From a virus (Duplodnaviria > Caudoviricetes), in the IMG/VR virus record IMGVR_UViG_3300020577_007690, positions 1 to 64,000 of that record: DNA of 64,000 nucleotides. One strand, written 5' to 3'. This document shows, piece by piece, positions 63,031 through 64,000 of this stretch. The first letter of the stretch is position 1; every line of letters starts with the position of its first letter. Below the pieces are notes generated by a model. It did not search any database and was not told the origin of the DNA. It saw nothing but the letters and a program-made list of their open reading frames with translations. The position numbers were made by a program, and so were the translations under genes.

Positions 63031-64000
63031 TTACCTCGCTCGGTACTGGTTCTTCTCGATCTTCACCTCGCCGAGCCCGATGCGGCACCCCTCCCGACCG
63101 ATCCATGTCGCCATGAGCCTGTCGCCGCTGTGCTCCAGCGGCGAGTAGCGCACCATGTCGCTGATGAGCTGGCGAAGGTCCCGCTCCAGGTGCGACAGGA
63201 CGTCGTTGAGCTTGGCGAACGGCCACCTGCCCGACTCGTCCACAGCGGGAGACGGGAACTCCCAGCGTCCGATGTGCATCTCGCCGCCGAGCGACTCAAC
63301 GCCGAAGTGCTCATCGAACTTGTTGTAGCGGTGGGTGTCGAAGCACCGCACCTCCAGCTCGTCTGCGTAGTGACCACCGAGCGCTTGCACCACGGCGGGA
63401 TCGTCCGCGAAGTCGGTGATGTACTTCTGCGCTCCGTTGGTCTCGACCCAGAATTCTGGCACCTCGCCGCCAGGGATGGTGAAGCGACGATGGAGCGAGA
63501 TCATGCAGCGGATGATGTCGGTGCCGTGGAAGCGCCCAGACTCGATGCACAGGAGGCGGCGTGACCAGTTGGGGCGCATGCCGATCACGGTGAAGACCGT
63601 CTCGTCTGTGCTCTTCTTCGCGCGTCCCGGCGGGCGCTTCGTTGCTAGGTCCACACCGATGAAGATCTTGAGGAAGGTCTCTCCCTTGCCGTCTGTGCTT
63701 GTCGCCTCGCTGACGTTCTCGCACCACGGCAGACCAGCGCCCTTCTTCAGGGCGCGCATGATCCAGTCCTCCTTGAAGATCTCCGTTGCGTCGTCTCGTG
63801 CGACGCACTCGTACTGCCGAGCAAACGCCTTCTGGTTGTCCTCCAACTCCTCCCGCTTCTCCATGATGCGGTCGATCGGCCACTGCTCGGGCCAGCAGCT
63901 CTTCATCCAGCATCCCTTCTCCTCGACGTAGACGGCGTCTTTCTCTCCTTCCTCCGCCTTCTCCCAGATCGGGTAGCGTTCCGTGTGCCACACACGCTCG
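63031..64000 (-). CDS. terL: Terminase large subunit, C-terminal nuclease part (5' end outside the window)
   Basis: AFARQYEC, IFIGVDLA...STDETVFTVIG and HSGDRLMATW RNase H-like nuclease motifs. Confidence 0.85.
   Translation of the reverse strand, partial: ERVWHTERYPIWEKAEEGEKDAVYVEEKGCWMKSCWPEQWPIDRIMEKREELEDNQKAFARQYECVARDDATEIFKEDWIMRALKKGAGLPWCENVSEATSTDGKGETFLKIFIGVDLATKRPPGRAKKSTDETVFTVIGMRPNWSRRLLCIESGRFHGTDIIRCMISLHRRFTIPGGEVPEFWVETNGAQKYITDFADDPAVVQALGGHYADELEVRCFDTHRYNKFDEHFGVESLGGEMHIGRWEFPSPAVDESGRWPFAKLNDVLSHLERDLRQLISDMVRYSPLEHSGDRLMATWIGREGCRIGLGEVKIEKNQYRAR

Noticed and set aside
1-64000. CRISPR or other regularly spaced repeat-spacer array; diversity-generating retroelement
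   Set aside because: No periodic repeats seen (the motif copies are kilobases apart), no reverse transcriptase, and no adenine-variant template/variable repeat pair in the fibre genes

Overview
This window is most of the genome of a GC-rich tailed dsDNA phage (or prophage) with a contractile, myovirus-type tail. The host is very probably in the Myxococcota, inferred from several myxobacteria-typical small proteins I recognise from memory. Right part (about 26.2-64 kb, mostly minus strand): the morphogenesis module, comprising a 5'-truncated terminase large subunit, portal, scaffold, major capsid, head completion, sheath, tube, a tail chaperone with a -1 frameshift site, tape measure, LysM/hub/spike/wedge baseplate and fibre proteins. 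Left part: two divergent early arms of small hypothetical genes driven from a ~107 bp inverted-repeat promoter pair. That pair flanks an iterated core with a perfect DnaA box (candidate origin). The left part also has an accessory block: SCP2 protein, tRNA-Ala(UGC), SCP2-dUTPase fusion, GNAT, PAPS-reductase-like protein and two ParB-like proteins. No polymerase, helicase, primase, integrase or CRISPR array was recognisable. The most unusual signals are: (i) two, possibly three, 400-600 nt ORF-free, extensively base-paired intergenic elements that look like large ncRNAs, the best of them behind its own promoter and antisense inside the baseplate operon; (ii) three basic proteins sharing an N-terminal MPGVGRGNNPxSH tag, a candidate capsid-targeting sequence; (iii) a 6-copy operator/promoter motif; (iv) at least 13 genes with an exact TAnnnT-N6-ATG leaderless start. 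All calls come from reading the sequence by eye. No database search or folding program was run.
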